DNA of 64,000 nucleotides from Polyangiales bacterium (GCA_964202905.1 CAXNJO010000002.1:192001-256000), one strand, 5' to 3'. Shown: positions 11,301-20,571, counted from the first letter of the stretch. Numbers and translations: made by a program. The notes: a model not told the origin generated them from the sequence alone.

Positions 11301-12321
11301 CTACACCGCCTCGGGCAGCGGCGCGACCGCGACGTGCGCGAACATCAACGAGTGCATGATACCGGCCCGCTGCGGGCGCACGCTCGGCGGCGGGGGCGTC
11401 AACACCTGCACCGACGCGACGGGTTCCTACCTGTGCATGTGCGGCGCAGGCTTCGCGCCGAGCGGCAGCGGGTTCTCCGCCTCGTGCGTCGACGTCGACG
11501 AGTGCACGGCGGCCCCCGCGCGGTGCGGGCGGACGCTCATGGGCGGCAGCGCCAACGCCTGCTCCAACACCTCGGGCGGCTACACCTGCGCGTGCGGACC
11601 GGGCTTCGCCCCGAGCGGCAGCGGCGCCTCGGCGACGTGCGTGAACATCGACGAGTGCGCCGTCACCGCGACGTGCAACCAGGCCGCGGGCAACGGCTGC
11701 ACGGACACGGGCGGCGGCTACACCTGCGCTTGCACCGATGGCTACGTGCCGAGCGGCTCCGGGCTCTCGGCGACGTGCGTCGACGCGAACGAGTGCGCGA
11801 CGTCCGCGCAGTGCGGCCGCACGCTCGGTGGGGGCAGCGTCAACACCTGCGGCAACACCGCAGGCAGCTACACGTGCACGTGCGGCGCCGGCTTCACGGC
11901 CTCGGGCAGCGGCGCGACCGCGACGTGCGTGAACGTCGACGAGTGCGCCACGCCGTCGCGCTGCGGACGCACGCTCGCCAACGGCGGCGCGAACGCCTGC
12001 GCGGACACCTCCGGCGGGTACACGTGCACGTGCGCGTCGGGCTTCGCGCTCTCGGGCAGCGGCCTCAGCGCGACCTGCAGCGACGTGAACGAGTGCACGG
12101 CAGGCACGCCCTGCGGGGCGGACGGGACGTGCAACAACTCGTCGGGCTCGTACTCCTGCACGTGCGGAAACACGACGCTCGACTGCGACGCGGCGCCGGA
12201 CTGCGAGACGACGCGCGGCACCGCGACGAACTGCGACACGTGCGGCGACGTCTGCTCGGGCATGACGCCCGTGTGCTGCCCGCAGGGCCCCATCAACTTC
12301 ATGTGCAAGGCCGCCTGCTGA
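8380..12321 (+). CDS. Large Cys-rich lipoprotein: MopE-like metal-binding motifs, Stig1-like Cys units and ~12 Ca-binding EGF repeats
   Basis: Lipobox LLAVAAC; DxDGDG and CxDGVDQDCDG motifs; tandem [DN]-[VI]-[ND]-E-C...C-x-[DN]-x4-[FY]-x-C-x-C units. GTG 8380 chosen because TATGCT lies 7 nt upstream; ATG 8368 is the alternative. Confidence 0.9.
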   Translation: MNARIVPARSARLRAPVAALALLAVAACQPEEYALLLDVHARGDLRALDVSVIPRDGSAPAATLSQTILRDAAAIAADTPIRVAVSFLAPVDVIVNVSGTGADGPSLATRCYAIGGVVRDDALLVDVPATADADGDGFPGQGAVSCLDPAGAAGSGPCDNACPGGVGVDCRGCIGEACPTAAADADDTIFPGADEVCADGVDQDCDGRDAECGDRDGDGYRSCGVDNAGACDCADTDPARNPSATDVCGDGVDQNCDGADAACDRDGDGVPADRERGGTPDCDDTDPAVRPDVVGEPTRERCTADGAEARDENCNGLTDELPECASDDLDADGALDCARTGESAGCDCNDCDPTVGPRAVERCGNGVDDDCDGTDRPCLPTDRDGDGAAATSAGGTDCNDDPAMMGARFGPNAIELCGNGVAERCGVDAACALDTDGDGYAEPPGCEGNAAVVPYSDERCNGIDDNCDGRVDEPSAVAGAAYDACVLPRAGETGCDGGRCAVQYANNFFHCGGCRLACDFTRTDACIGGTCQCTTRGGSVDACGAGDTCCAGAGCHDLQSDLNFCGSCGNDCEALYGARVDRCALGGCSCGGGAICAEGQTCCDGTCVDLRIDAGNCGRCGNRCVLAQAISLCDMASCAVDVCDSNFDDCDGAAPNGCEAALNRDVTCGLCTRRCSLNGSCTPEGTGFNCTCDTGYAGDGVTCSDVNECTTGTPCGMNSACTNTIGAFTCACLAGYTSGDGRNCTNVNECTPSTACGRNLSAANGCTDSPGSYTCSCAAGFMATGSGLMASCANVNECSAAAQCGRMLSGGSVNACTDTTGGYTCACGAGFTASGSGLSASCVNVDECATASQCGRARGGGGVNSCADTSGGFTCSCGPGFVISGSGLTATCVNVNECMGTSACGRNLGAVNTCTDTSGGYTCACGTGFTAQGSGLSATCGDVNECASGLACDQAAGNTCANNAGGYTCTCTAGYTASGSGATATCANINECMIPARCGRTLGGGGVNTCTDATGSYLCMCGAGFAPSGSGFSASCVDVDECTAAPARCGRTLMGGSANACSNTSGGYTCACGPGFAPSGSGASATCVNIDECAVTATCNQAAGNGCTDTGGGYTCACTDGYVPSGSGLSATCVDANECATSAQCGRTLGGGSVNTCGNTAGSYTCTCGAGFTASGSGATATCVNVDECATPSRCGRTLANGGANACADTSGGYTCTCASGFALSGSGLSATCSDVNECTAGTPCGADGTCNNSSGSYSCTCGNTTLDCDAAPDCETTRGTATNCDTCGDVCSGMTPVCCPQGPINFMCKAAC

Positions 12322-12380
12322 GGGCGGGCGTGGGTGCCCCCGTAGCGCCCCGAACGCCCTCGACGTAGCCTCGCGCGCGC

Positions 12381-13631
12381 ATGCACGAGCTCGGGCGCGC
12401 CGCCCCCCTCTACGCCGTCCTCCCCTTCGCGCTCCTGCTCCTCGCCATCGCGGTGCTGCCGCTCGCGGCCGCGCACTGGTGGGAGCACAACCGCAACAAG
12501 GCGCTCGTCGGCGGGCTGCTCTCGCTGCCGGTCGTCGTGTACCTGCTGCAGGCCGCGCCCGAGGCGCTCGCGCACTCGCTCATCGAGTACGCCTCCTTCG
12601 TCGCGCTGCTCGGCGCGCTCTACGTGGTCGCGGGCGGCATCCGCGTGACGGGCGACCTCCGCGCGACGCCGCTCACCAACGTGCTGCTGCTCGCTGCGGG
12701 CGCCGTGCTCGCGAACCTGATCGGCACGACGGGCGCGAGCATGGTGCTCATCCGCACCGTCCTGCGCACGAACCAGCAGCGCAGCCACACGGCGCACATC
12801 CCGTTCTTCTTCATCCTCGTCGTCTCGAACTGCGGCGGCCTGCTCACGCCACTCGGCGATCCGCCGCTCTTCATCGGCTACCTGCGCGGCGTCCCCTTCA
12901 CGTGGACCCTGCGCCTCTGGCCGGTCTGGCTCGGCGCGGTGGGCTATCTGCTCGCGCTCTTCTACGCGATCGACCGCCGCGCCTGGGCGCGCGAGAGCGA
13001 GGGCGCGCGCACCCGCGACGCCGCACAGGCGACGCGGCTCGGCGTCGAAGGCGGGTTCCACGCCGCGCTGCTCGCCCTCGTCGTCGGCGCCGTGTTCCTG
13101 CCGACGCCCTGGCGCGAGGCCGCGATGGTCGCGATCGCGGCCGTCTCGGCCTTCGCGGGGCCGCGCGCGCCGCGGGTCGCCAACGGCTTCAGCTGGGCGC
13201 CAATCGTCGAAGTCGCCGTGCTCTTCCTCGGCATCTTCGTGACGATGGTGCCCGCGCTCGCGATCCTCGAGGCGCGCGGCGGGGAGCTCGGGCTGACGCG
13301 GCCCTGGCAGTTCTTCCTGACGACGGGGGCGCTCTCCTCCGTGCTCGACAACGCGCCGACGTACCTGACCTTCCTCAGCACCGCGCAGGCGCTCGGCCTC
13401 GCGGACGAGGTCGTGGGCGTGCCCGCGATCTACCTCGTCGCGATCAGCTGCGGCGCCGTGCTGATGGGCGCGAACACGTACATCGGGAACGGACCGAACT
13501 TCATGGTCAAGGCGATCGCCGAGGAGATGGGCGTGACGATGCCCTCGTTCTTCCGCTACGCCGCGGCCGCGGTCGTCGTGCTCTCGCCCGTCTATGCCGT
13601 GCTTGCGGCCTGGCTCGCCTTCGTCGCGTAG
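12381..13631 (+). CDS. Putative Na+/H+ antiporter (IT superfamily, CitMHS_2-like)
   Basis: Multi-TM protein with IGTTGASMVLIR, NCGGLLTPLGDPPLFIG, LDNAPTYL and GANTYIGNGPNFMVK motifs. Confidence 0.85.
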   Translation: MHELGRAAPLYAVLPFALLLLAIAVLPLAAAHWWEHNRNKALVGGLLSLPVVVYLLQAAPEALAHSLIEYASFVALLGALYVVAGGIRVTGDLRATPLTNVLLLAAGAVLANLIGTTGASMVLIRTVLRTNQQRSHTAHIPFFFILVVSNCGGLLTPLGDPPLFIGYLRGVPFTWTLRLWPVWLGAVGYLLALFYAIDRRAWARESEGARTRDAAQATRLGVEGGFHAALLALVVGAVFLPTPWREAAMVAIAAVSAFAGPRAPRVANGFSWAPIVEVAVLFLGIFVTMVPALAILEARGGELGLTRPWQFFLTTGALSSVLDNAPTYLTFLSTAQALGLADEVVGVPAIYLVAISCGAVLMGANTYIGNGPNFMVKAIAEEMGVTMPSFFRYAAAAVVVLSPVYAVLAAWLAFVA

Positions 13632-13680
13632 GCACGCGCGACACCGCCAATGCCGCCGCGAGCGACGCGCGGCGCCGCGG

Positions 13681-15436
13681 TCAATGCGCGGGCGCAGCCC
13701 AGTCGGGGATCTTCAACGCGTCCTCGGCGCCGCCGCCACCGGCGCCATCCCCGCTGCCGCGGGGCGCGCGACCGCCGCCGCTCAGCGCGAGGTCGAGCTC
13801 CGTCGTCGCCGTCGGGGTGAGCGAGCGCGTCGCGGAGGCGCGCCCACGCCGCGCACGGAGCACGATGGCCTCTCCCGTGGGCGTGCGGAACTCGCAGGGG
13901 GTCTCGTCGCAGACGGTGCCGCGATCGTCCACGGTCACGAGCGCGCCCGCCGGCTGGCTGATCACGCGGACGACGACCTCGGCCGCCGGCGCCGGTGCGT
14001 CGGGCGACGCCGCGAGCCCCGCATCGGCCACCGCGGAATCGGAGGTCCCCGCGGCCGCACCGACCGCAGCCCGCGCCGACCGCGCCAGCACCGAGCGCAA
14101 TGGCCCCGAGCGGGGCCGCCGCGTTCGCTGCCGGATCGGGCCCCAAGTCAGGCGCCGTGGGGGAGCCCGCCGCGTCGCCGAGGAGCGTCGCATCCGCGGC
14201 AGGCCCGCGCGTCGCGGCCCACCCACCGACCCCCGCGGCCGCGAGCACCCCCGCGGCGACGAGCCCTGCGACGAGCCCGCCCCGACCGGCGCGTCGCAGG
14301 CCCGGCACCTCGGCCTCGGACGGCGCGACCGTGTCCGCAGCGCGCACCGCCCGGCGCTGCAGCGGCAGGGGGATCTCGGGGAGCGTGTGCGCCGCGGCGT
14401 GCGCGTGCGCCGTGGCGAGCGCATGCGACGCGGCGAGCGCATGCGACGCGGCGAGCGCCGGATCGTCGAGCGCGGCGAGGGCGCGCGCGAGCTCGTCCAT
14501 CGTCTGGAAGCGCAGGTCCGGGTCCTTCGAGAGCGTCTTCAGCAGGAGCGCCTCGAGCGCGGGCGAGACCTGCACGTTCGGGTTGATCTCGCGCAGCGCC
14601 GGGACCGGATCGAACATGTGCTGCGTGAGCACACCCATGAACGTGTCGCCGAGGTACGGCACGCGCCCGGCGAGCACCTCGAAGAGGATCACGCCGAGCG
14701 CGTAGATGTCGACGCGGTGATCGAGCGGCTTCCCGGCGGCCTGCTCGGGCGACATGTACTCGGGCGTCCCGAAGATCATGCCCGTCTTGGTGAGCTTGCG
14801 GCCGGGCGCGCCGGCCGTCTCGATGTCGCTCATCTTCGCGATGCCGAAGTCGACGATCTTCACGAAGTCGCGTGAGCCCGCGCGCTCGATCAGGAAGATG
14901 TTCTCGGGCTTCATGTCCCGGTGGACGATGCCCTTCTGGTGCGCGGCGCCGAGCGCACGGCAGCATTGCTGCAGCACCGCCACCGCGCGCGCCGACGAGA
15001 TCGTGCCCTCGCGCGCGAGGCGATCGGCGAGGTCCTCGCCGTCGAGCATCTCCATGACGAAGTAGCTCGCGCCGCTCGGCGTCTCGCCGAAGTCGGAGAT
15101 GTCGACGATGTTCTCGTGGCCGATGCGCGAGGCGCTCTTGGCCTCCTGGCGGAAGCGCTCGACGACGTCGGGGCGCGCGCCGAAGTCGTCGCGCAGCACC
15201 TTCAGCGCGACGTGCTTCTCGATGACGATGTGCTCCGCCTCGTAGACGATGCCCATCCCGCCCTCGCCGACGCGCCGCAGGATCTTGTAGCGATCGCCGA
15301 ACACCGAGCCGATCAGCGGGTCCGACGCGGAGGCGCCGAGCGCGATCGCCGACGCGCTGACGAGTCGCGCCCCGTCGAGTGGACAGAACGCCTCGCCACC
15401 GGGGTATTGCGTCTTGCAGCTGGGGCAGGCTTTCAT
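13681..15436 (-). CDS. Membrane Ser/Thr protein kinase with C-terminal PEGA domain; apparent frameshift at ~14090
   Basis: MKACPSC...C; GEGGMGIVY, HRDMKPEN, DFG, GTPEYMSPEQ; TM helix. PEGA (VISQPAGALVTVD...TPC) lies in the frame of ORF 13681-14442. Linker has a 2.4 x 18-bp in-frame repeat at 14415-14458. Confidence 0.9.
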
Positions 15437-15464
15437 GCGCGCGCGTCCGTCCCGGTGGCCGAGG

Positions 15465-15493
15465 ACGCTAACATCGGGCCTCCGGGGGGTCAA
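15465..15493 (-). promoter_or_regulatory. Putative sigma70 promoter TTGACC-N17-TAGCGT for the kinase at 15436
   Basis: Read directly; canonical spacing. Confidence 0.6.
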
Positions 15494-15592
15494 CGCAGGC
15501 CCTTCGATTCCCTCGTGAGTTCGCGCGCTTAGCGCGTGCCGCGCGGGCACGCTGCCGTTGCCACGCGGACGCCGCCGCGATATGGGGTCGCG

Positions 15593-17737
15593 ATGGGACG
15601 CATCCGTGTGCTCGACGATGCGCTCGCCGATCAGATCGCCGCAGGCGAGGTCGTCGAGCGCCCCGCGAGCCTCGTGCGGGAGCTGCTCGACAACGCGATC
15701 GACGCGGGCGCGACGCGCATCGTCGTCGAGGTCGGCGGGGGTGGCAGCGAGCTGCTGCGCGTCACCGACGACGGCGAGGGCATGGAGCCGGACGACGCCG
15801 TGCTCGCGCTGCGGCGGCACGCGACGAGCAAGCTCCGCGCGATCGAGGACCTCGAGACGATCCGCACGCTCGGCTTCCGCGGCGAGGCCCTGCCCTCGAT
15901 GGCGTCGGTCGGCCGGCTCGTGCTCACGACACGCACGCGCGCGGCGAGCGGCGGCACGCGCGTCGCGGTCGATGGCGGCGGCGCCCCGACCGTCACGCCG
16001 GTCGGCTGCGCGCCCGGCACGAGCGTCGAGGTGCGCGACCTCTTCTACAACGTGCCCGCGCGCCGCAAGTTCCTCCGCGCCGCAGCGACCGAGAGCGCGC
16101 ACATCGCGGAGGTGCTCGTGCGTGCGGCGCTCGCGCACCCGGCGCTGCACCTCGAGCTGCGCCGCGACGGCCGCGTCGCCCGCGTCTTTCTCCCCGCCGC
16201 GGACATCGCGAGTCGCGCGCGCGGCGTGCTCGAGTTGCCCACGCTCGCGCACCTCACCGGCGCCCGCGACGGCGTGCAGGTCGAGGCGCTGCTCGACGCA
16301 CCGGAGCGCGCGCGCACGGGCACGACGGCGCTGCACACCTTCGTGAACCGGCGCCCGGTGCGCGAGCGGACGCTGGCCCGCGCCGTCGCCTTCGCGTACG
16401 GCAGCGTGCTGCCGCCGGGGCGCTTCCCGACGGGCGTCGTCCACGTGACGATCGACCCGCGCGAGGTCGACGTGAACGTCCACCCGCAGAAGGCCGAGGT
16501 CCGCTTCGCGCGCGGCCGCGACGTGCTCGACGCGATCACGCGCGTGCTCGCGGGTGGGCTCGGAACGAGCGCGTGGGGCGGCCCTGCGGCGCGCGGGCAG
16601 GGCTTCTGGGCGGGCCGCCTCGCGCAGGGGCCGCGCACCGAGTCGGACGCACACGACGCCGTGCGCACGCCGGGCCACGGAGGCAACGCGGACCGAAGCG
16701 CGCCGCGCGACGACGCGAACGCGCTGTGGGGCTTCTCCGACACGCGCCCCGGCGCAGGCGGGCGCACCGCGTCGGGCGCGTCCTTCCCGGAGCTCTCCGG
16801 CGACTCTTCGCACCGTGCTGCCACTGCAATCGGTGTTGCAACGGACACACGTGTTGCAGATGACATGCGCGTTGCAGATGACATGCGCATTGCAACTGCA
16901 ACCCATGTTGCATCACCGTCCGGAGAGGCGTCCTCGCTGGCCGATACCGCAGGAAGCGCCGCGTTGGGCGCGGCCGCCCCGACGCGCACGCCCGGCGGCA
17001 CGCCCACCGCTGCGACGGGGGCGCCCGCAGCGCATCCCGCGCGCCCCTACGCAGCGGCCGCAGCGGCCGCGCTGCTCGGCGTCCCCGCGGCGCTCCTCGA
17101 CGGGGCCGCAGCGACGCGGGGTCCAACGGCGTCGCTGCCGGCGCTCGAGGCGCGCGGTGCGTTCGGCGTGCTGCGCCTGCTCGGGCAGGTGCGGCGCATG
17201 TTGCTCGTCTGTGAAGGTCCCGACGCGCTGCACGTGATCGACCAGCACGCCGCGGACGAGCGTGTGCAGTTCCACCGCCTGCGCCGCGCCTACGCCGCGC
17301 GCGAGGTGCGCGTGCAGCCGCTGCTGTTCCCCGAGCGGGTCGAGGTGTCGCCGCGCGAGGCGGCGCTGCTCGACGAGGCCCGCGCCGAGGTGCTCGCGCT
17401 CGGCCTCGACGTCTCGGTGCTCGGCGCGACGACGGTCGCGGTGCACACGGTGCCGGCGTTGCTGCACCGCGCGCACCCCGCGCGCCTCGTGCGCGACATC
17501 GTCGAGCAGCTCGAGCACACCGGCGGACGCGGCTTCGCGGACGCGCTCGACATGGCCATCGCGACGATGGCGTGCCACGGCGCCATCCGGGCCGGGGACG
17601 CGCTCGCCCCCGAGGAGGGACAGGCGCTGCTGCGCGCGCTCGACGAGATCGACGACTTCTCCGGACACTGCCCGCACGGGCGGCCGATCGTGTTCAGCGT
17701 GCCGTTCGGCGACCTCGAGCGGCGGCTCGGGCGCTAG
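15593..17737 (+). CDS. mutL: DNA mismatch repair endonuclease MutL
   Basis: QIAAGEVVERPAS, DNAIDAGA, HATSK, GFRGEAL, DVNVHPQKAEVRF; C-terminal DQHAADER, ACH and CPHGRP motifs. Confidence 0.97.
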   Translation: MGRIRVLDDALADQIAAGEVVERPASLVRELLDNAIDAGATRIVVEVGGGGSELLRVTDDGEGMEPDDAVLALRRHATSKLRAIEDLETIRTLGFRGEALPSMASVGRLVLTTRTRAASGGTRVAVDGGGAPTVTPVGCAPGTSVEVRDLFYNVPARRKFLRAAATESAHIAEVLVRAALAHPALHLELRRDGRVARVFLPAADIASRARGVLELPTLAHLTGARDGVQVEALLDAPERARTGTTALHTFVNRRPVRERTLARAVAFAYGSVLPPGRFPTGVVHVTIDPREVDVNVHPQKAEVRFARGRDVLDAITRVLAGGLGTSAWGGPAARGQGFWAGRLAQGPRTESDAHDAVRTPGHGGNADRSAPRDDANALWGFSDTRPGAGGRTASGASFPELSGDSSHRAATAIGVATDTRVADDMRVADDMRIATATHVASPSGEASSLADTAGSAALGAAAPTRTPGGTPTAATGAPAAHPARPYAAAAAAALLGVPAALLDGAAATRGPTASLPALEARGAFGVLRLLGQVRRMLLVCEGPDALHVIDQHAADERVQFHRLRRAYAAREVRVQPLLFPERVEVSPREAALLDEARAEVLALGLDVSVLGATTVAVHTVPALLHRAHPARLVRDIVEQLEHTGGRGFADALDMAIATMACHGAIRAGDALAPEEGQALLRALDEIDDFSGHCPHGRPIVFSVPFGDLERRLGR
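16817..16912. repeat. Degenerate 18-bp in-frame tandem repeat in the MutL linker
   Basis: Units gctgccactgcaatcggt / gttgcaacggacacacgt / gttgcagatgacatgcgc x2 / attgcaactgcaacccat / gttgca. Confidence 0.9.
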
Positions 17738-17741
17738 CCCC

Positions 17742-19130
17742 ATGACGGATCGCGACGCGCCGCCTTCGCTGCTCTTGCTCGCCGGGCCGACCGCCTCCGG
17801 CAAGACAGACGTGGCCGTCACGCTCGCGCTCCGCCTCGGCGGCGAGTTGATCGGTGCCGACAGCGTGCAGGTGTACCGCGGCTTCGACCTCGGCTCCGCC
17901 AAGCCGCGCGGCCCCGAGCTGCGCGGGGTCCCGCACCACCTGCTCGACGTCGCCGACGCCGACGCCCCGCTCGACGCGATGGCCTATGCGCGCCTCGCCG
18001 ATCGCGCGATCGCGGACGTCCGCGCGCGCGGGCGCCTCCCCATCGTCGTGGGTGGTACGGGGTTGTGGCTGCGGGCGCTCGTCCGGGGACTCGTCGAGGT
18101 GCCGGCGGTCGATCCGAGCCTCCGCGCGCGCCTCGAGGAAGAAGCCTCGCTGCGCGGCGCACCGGCGCTCCACGCGCGCCTCGCGGAGGTCGATCCTCGC
18201 GCGGCGGCGCGCATCCACCCGAACGATCGCCTGCGGATCGTGCGCGCGCTCGAGGTCTTCGCGCAGACGGGGACACCGCTCGGCGCGTTGCAGGCCGCGC
18301 ACGCGCTCGGCGCCCCGCGCTACGCGCTGCGCATGGTCGCGCTCGATCGCGCGAACGAGGAGCTCTATCCGCGCATCGAGGCGCGCGTCGCCGCGATGCT
18401 GCGCGCGGGCTTCGCCGACGAGGTGCGCGGCCTCGTCGCGCAGCACGGCGAGGATGTGCGGGCGCTGCAGTCGGTCGGCTACCGCGAGATGGTCGAGCAC
18501 GTCGCGCGCGGGGTGACGCTCGAGGAGACCACCGCGCGCATCCTCCAGAGCACGAAGACGTACGTGCGGCGGCAGCGCACCTGGCTGAAGAACGAGCCCG
18601 GGATCGACCGCCGGATGCACCCGGACGCGCTGCTCGGGGCGGAAGGCGCGCGCTGGCTCGCGGAGTGCGGCTGGCGCATGCCCGCGCGGCGCACCGCGCT
18701 TGTCAGCGCGCAGGCCCCCGGCGATGATGCGCGCGTGTCGCAGCAGCCTCCCCCGCCGCGTCCGGTGTTGCTCGTCGGCGAAGACGTGGCGCTCCGCGAC
18801 CTCTTCGGGCACCTGCTCGAGCTGCGCGGGCACGAGGTGCTCGCCGCACGCGACATCGACGACGCGGTGCGGCGCTGCCAGGGCGAGTCGGTCGGCGTCG
18901 TCGTGATCGAGAACGTGCTGCCGGGCAGCTCGTGGACGGCGCTCGCGCGCTCGCTGAGCGAGCAGCTCGGCGCGGACGCGCCGCCCGTCGTGATGCTGAG
19001 CGGCAGCTGGGCGCAGGGCGATCCCGCGGCGTCGCAGCCGGGCGTGCGCACGATGATGGCGCCCCACCGCGCCGAGCAGCTGCTCGACCTCGTCGCGCGC
19101 TACTGCCGCGAGATCGGCCGCCTGGCCTGA
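17742..19130 (+). CDS. miaA: tRNA dimethylallyltransferase MiaA (core ends ~18680), reading in frame into a receiver-like domain
   Basis: GPTASGKT, ADSVQVYRGFDLGSAKP, PHHLLD, VGGTGLW, HPNDRLRIVRALEV, YVRRQRTW. No stop until 19130. Confidence 0.93.
   Translation: MTDRDAPPSLLLLAGPTASGKTDVAVTLALRLGGELIGADSVQVYRGFDLGSAKPRGPELRGVPHHLLDVADADAPLDAMAYARLADRAIADVRARGRLPIVVGGTGLWLRALVRGLVEVPAVDPSLRARLEEEASLRGAPALHARLAEVDPRAAARIHPNDRLRIVRALEVFAQTGTPLGALQAAHALGAPRYALRMVALDRANEELYPRIEARVAAMLRAGFADEVRGLVAQHGEDVRALQSVGYREMVEHVARGVTLEETTARILQSTKTYVRRQRTWLKNEPGIDRRMHPDALLGAEGARWLAECGWRMPARRTALVSAQAPGDDARVSQQPPPPRPVLLVGEDVALRDLFGHLLELRGHEVLAARDIDDAVRRCQGESVGVVVIENVLPGSSWTALARSLSEQLGADAPPVVMLSGSWAQGDPAASQPGVRTMMAPHRAEQLLDLVARYCREIGRLA
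18735..19130 (+). CDS. Atypical (pseudo-)response-regulator receiver domain, possibly separately expressed
   Basis: VLLVGEDVALRDLFGHLLELRGHEV...VVVIENVLPG...PPVVMLSG REC pattern with Glu at the phospho-Asp position. TTGTCA-N17-GATGAT-N6-GTG lies upstream. Confidence 0.6.
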   Translation: MSQQPPPPRPVLLVGEDVALRDLFGHLLELRGHEVLAARDIDDAVRRCQGESVGVVVIENVLPGSSWTALARSLSEQLGADAPPVVMLSGSWAQGDPAASQPGVRTMMAPHRAEQLLDLVARYCREIGRLA

Positions 19131-19155
19131 ACGCGCGCGGCCCCAGGCGCGGCGG

Positions 19156-20571
19156 CTAGATGTGGATTGACTTCCACTCGCCGCGCCGGAACTTCCAGAT
19201 CATCGCGAGCGTGAGCAGCGAGACGTAGACCGCCGCGGACGTCCACACCCCGATGAGCCCGAGCCCGAGCACGACGCCGAAGAGGTAGGCGCCCGGGACG
19301 AGCCAGACGAGGTGCAGGAGCAGCTCGACGACCATCACGAAGCGCGTGTTGCCCGCGCCGAAGAGCGCCTGCGTCAGGATCATGCCCGTCGCGATGATCG
19401 GACCGCAGGCGCCCATGAGTTGCAGGCTCGGCGTCGCGGCCGCGATGACGCCGGGCGAGCGGTTGAACACGCCGATGAGCGGCGCGGGCAGCGCGATCTC
19501 GAGCAGACCGAGCACCGCGAACGCCATCGCGCCGAGCTTCACGCTGGCCCAGGCGACGCGCTCGGCGCGTTCGGGACGGCCCGCGCCGAGCTCCTGCGAG
19601 ACGAGCGTCGCGGTCGCGACACCGAACGCCATGCAGGAGAAGAACGTGATCGAGAGCACCTGGATGATGATCGTCGTCGCCGCGCCGTAGATCGACTCGG
19701 TGCCGCCCGCCGCGAGATGCGCCGCATCGAGCCCCTCGACGATGCGCCGGAACAGCAGGAAGCCCGACATGATCACGGCCGTCGCGATGCCCGACGGCAC
19801 GGAGATGCGCGCGAGCTCCCGCATCGTGGAGGCCGAGAGGCTGCCAGCGTAGGGCGCGCGCTCGACGCGATCGGCGCGCGAGAAGGAGAAGAGCGCCACG
19901 ACGAGGAAACCGACCCACGACGAGGCCATGCCGGCGACGCCCGCGCCCTCGACGCCCATCCGCGGCGCGCCGTGGTGGCCGAAGATCAGCAGCCAGCAGA
20001 GGACGAGGTTGACGACGTTCATCACGATGGCCGCGACGAAGTGCACGTAGGTGCGGCCCGTCCCGTCGAAGTACGCCTTGTAGGCCGCGGTCGCGACCAT
20101 CGACACCACGCCGAGGAAACGCCACTGCGTGTACGCGGTGCCGAGCGCGGCGCTGTTCGCGTTGTCGGGCATGAGCACCGCGAAGGCGGCCTCGATGAAG
20201 AAGTAGCCGACGATCGAGGCGACGAGGCTCGCGATCGAGGCGAGCACGACCGCGTTCTTCAGCACCGCGCCGGCGGCGCGCGGATTGCCGGCGCCCGTGC
20301 GGCGCGCGACCATCGCCTGCGTGCCGACGGAGATCGCGGAGAAGAAGCCGCCGACCGCCCACAGCAGGATGAGCGAGTTCGAGAGGACGGATTGTCCGTC
20401 CGAGCGATCCGGCTCCGGCAGGTAGCCGAAGAAGACCGTGTCGACGATGTTCACGCCCGTCTGCGTGAGGAAGGCGAGCATCGCCGGGATGGCCAGCACG
20501 AGGATGCGCCGGACGTCTTCGCGCGCGAGGAAAGGAGCCGGCTCGGCGCGCTCCGTGGACTCGTTGGCCAT
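19156..20571 (-). CDS. MATE family efflux transporter
   Basis: LAIPAM...VDTVFFG, GTQAMVARRTGAGN, PRMGVEGAG, ATLVSQELGAG, GAGNTR motifs; ~12 TM segments. Confidence 0.93.
   Translation of the reverse strand: MANESTERAEPAPFLAREDVRRILVLAIPAMLAFLTQTGVNIVDTVFFGYLPEPDRSDGQSVLSNSLILLWAVGGFFSAISVGTQAMVARRTGAGNPRAAGAVLKNAVVLASIASLVASIVGYFFIEAAFAVLMPDNANSAALGTAYTQWRFLGVVSMVATAAYKAYFDGTGRTYVHFVAAIVMNVVNLVLCWLLIFGHHGAPRMGVEGAGVAGMASSWVGFLVVALFSFSRADRVERAPYAGSLSASTMRELARISVPSGIATAVIMSGFLLFRRIVEGLDAAHLAAGGTESIYGAATTIIIQVLSITFFSCMAFGVATATLVSQELGAGRPERAERVAWASVKLGAMAFAVLGLLEIALPAPLIGVFNRSPGVIAAATPSLQLMGACGPIIATGMILTQALFGAGNTRFVMVVELLLHLVWLVPGAYLFGVVLGLGLIGVWTSAAVYVSLLTLAMIWKFRRGEWKSIHI

Noticed and set aside
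16820..16906. Antisense Cys-periodic peptide (CNAHVICNAHVICNTCVRCNT) at the start of ORF 13592-16906
   Set aside because: A by-product of the TTGCA repeat within mutL; the kinase has its own promoter and start at 15436.
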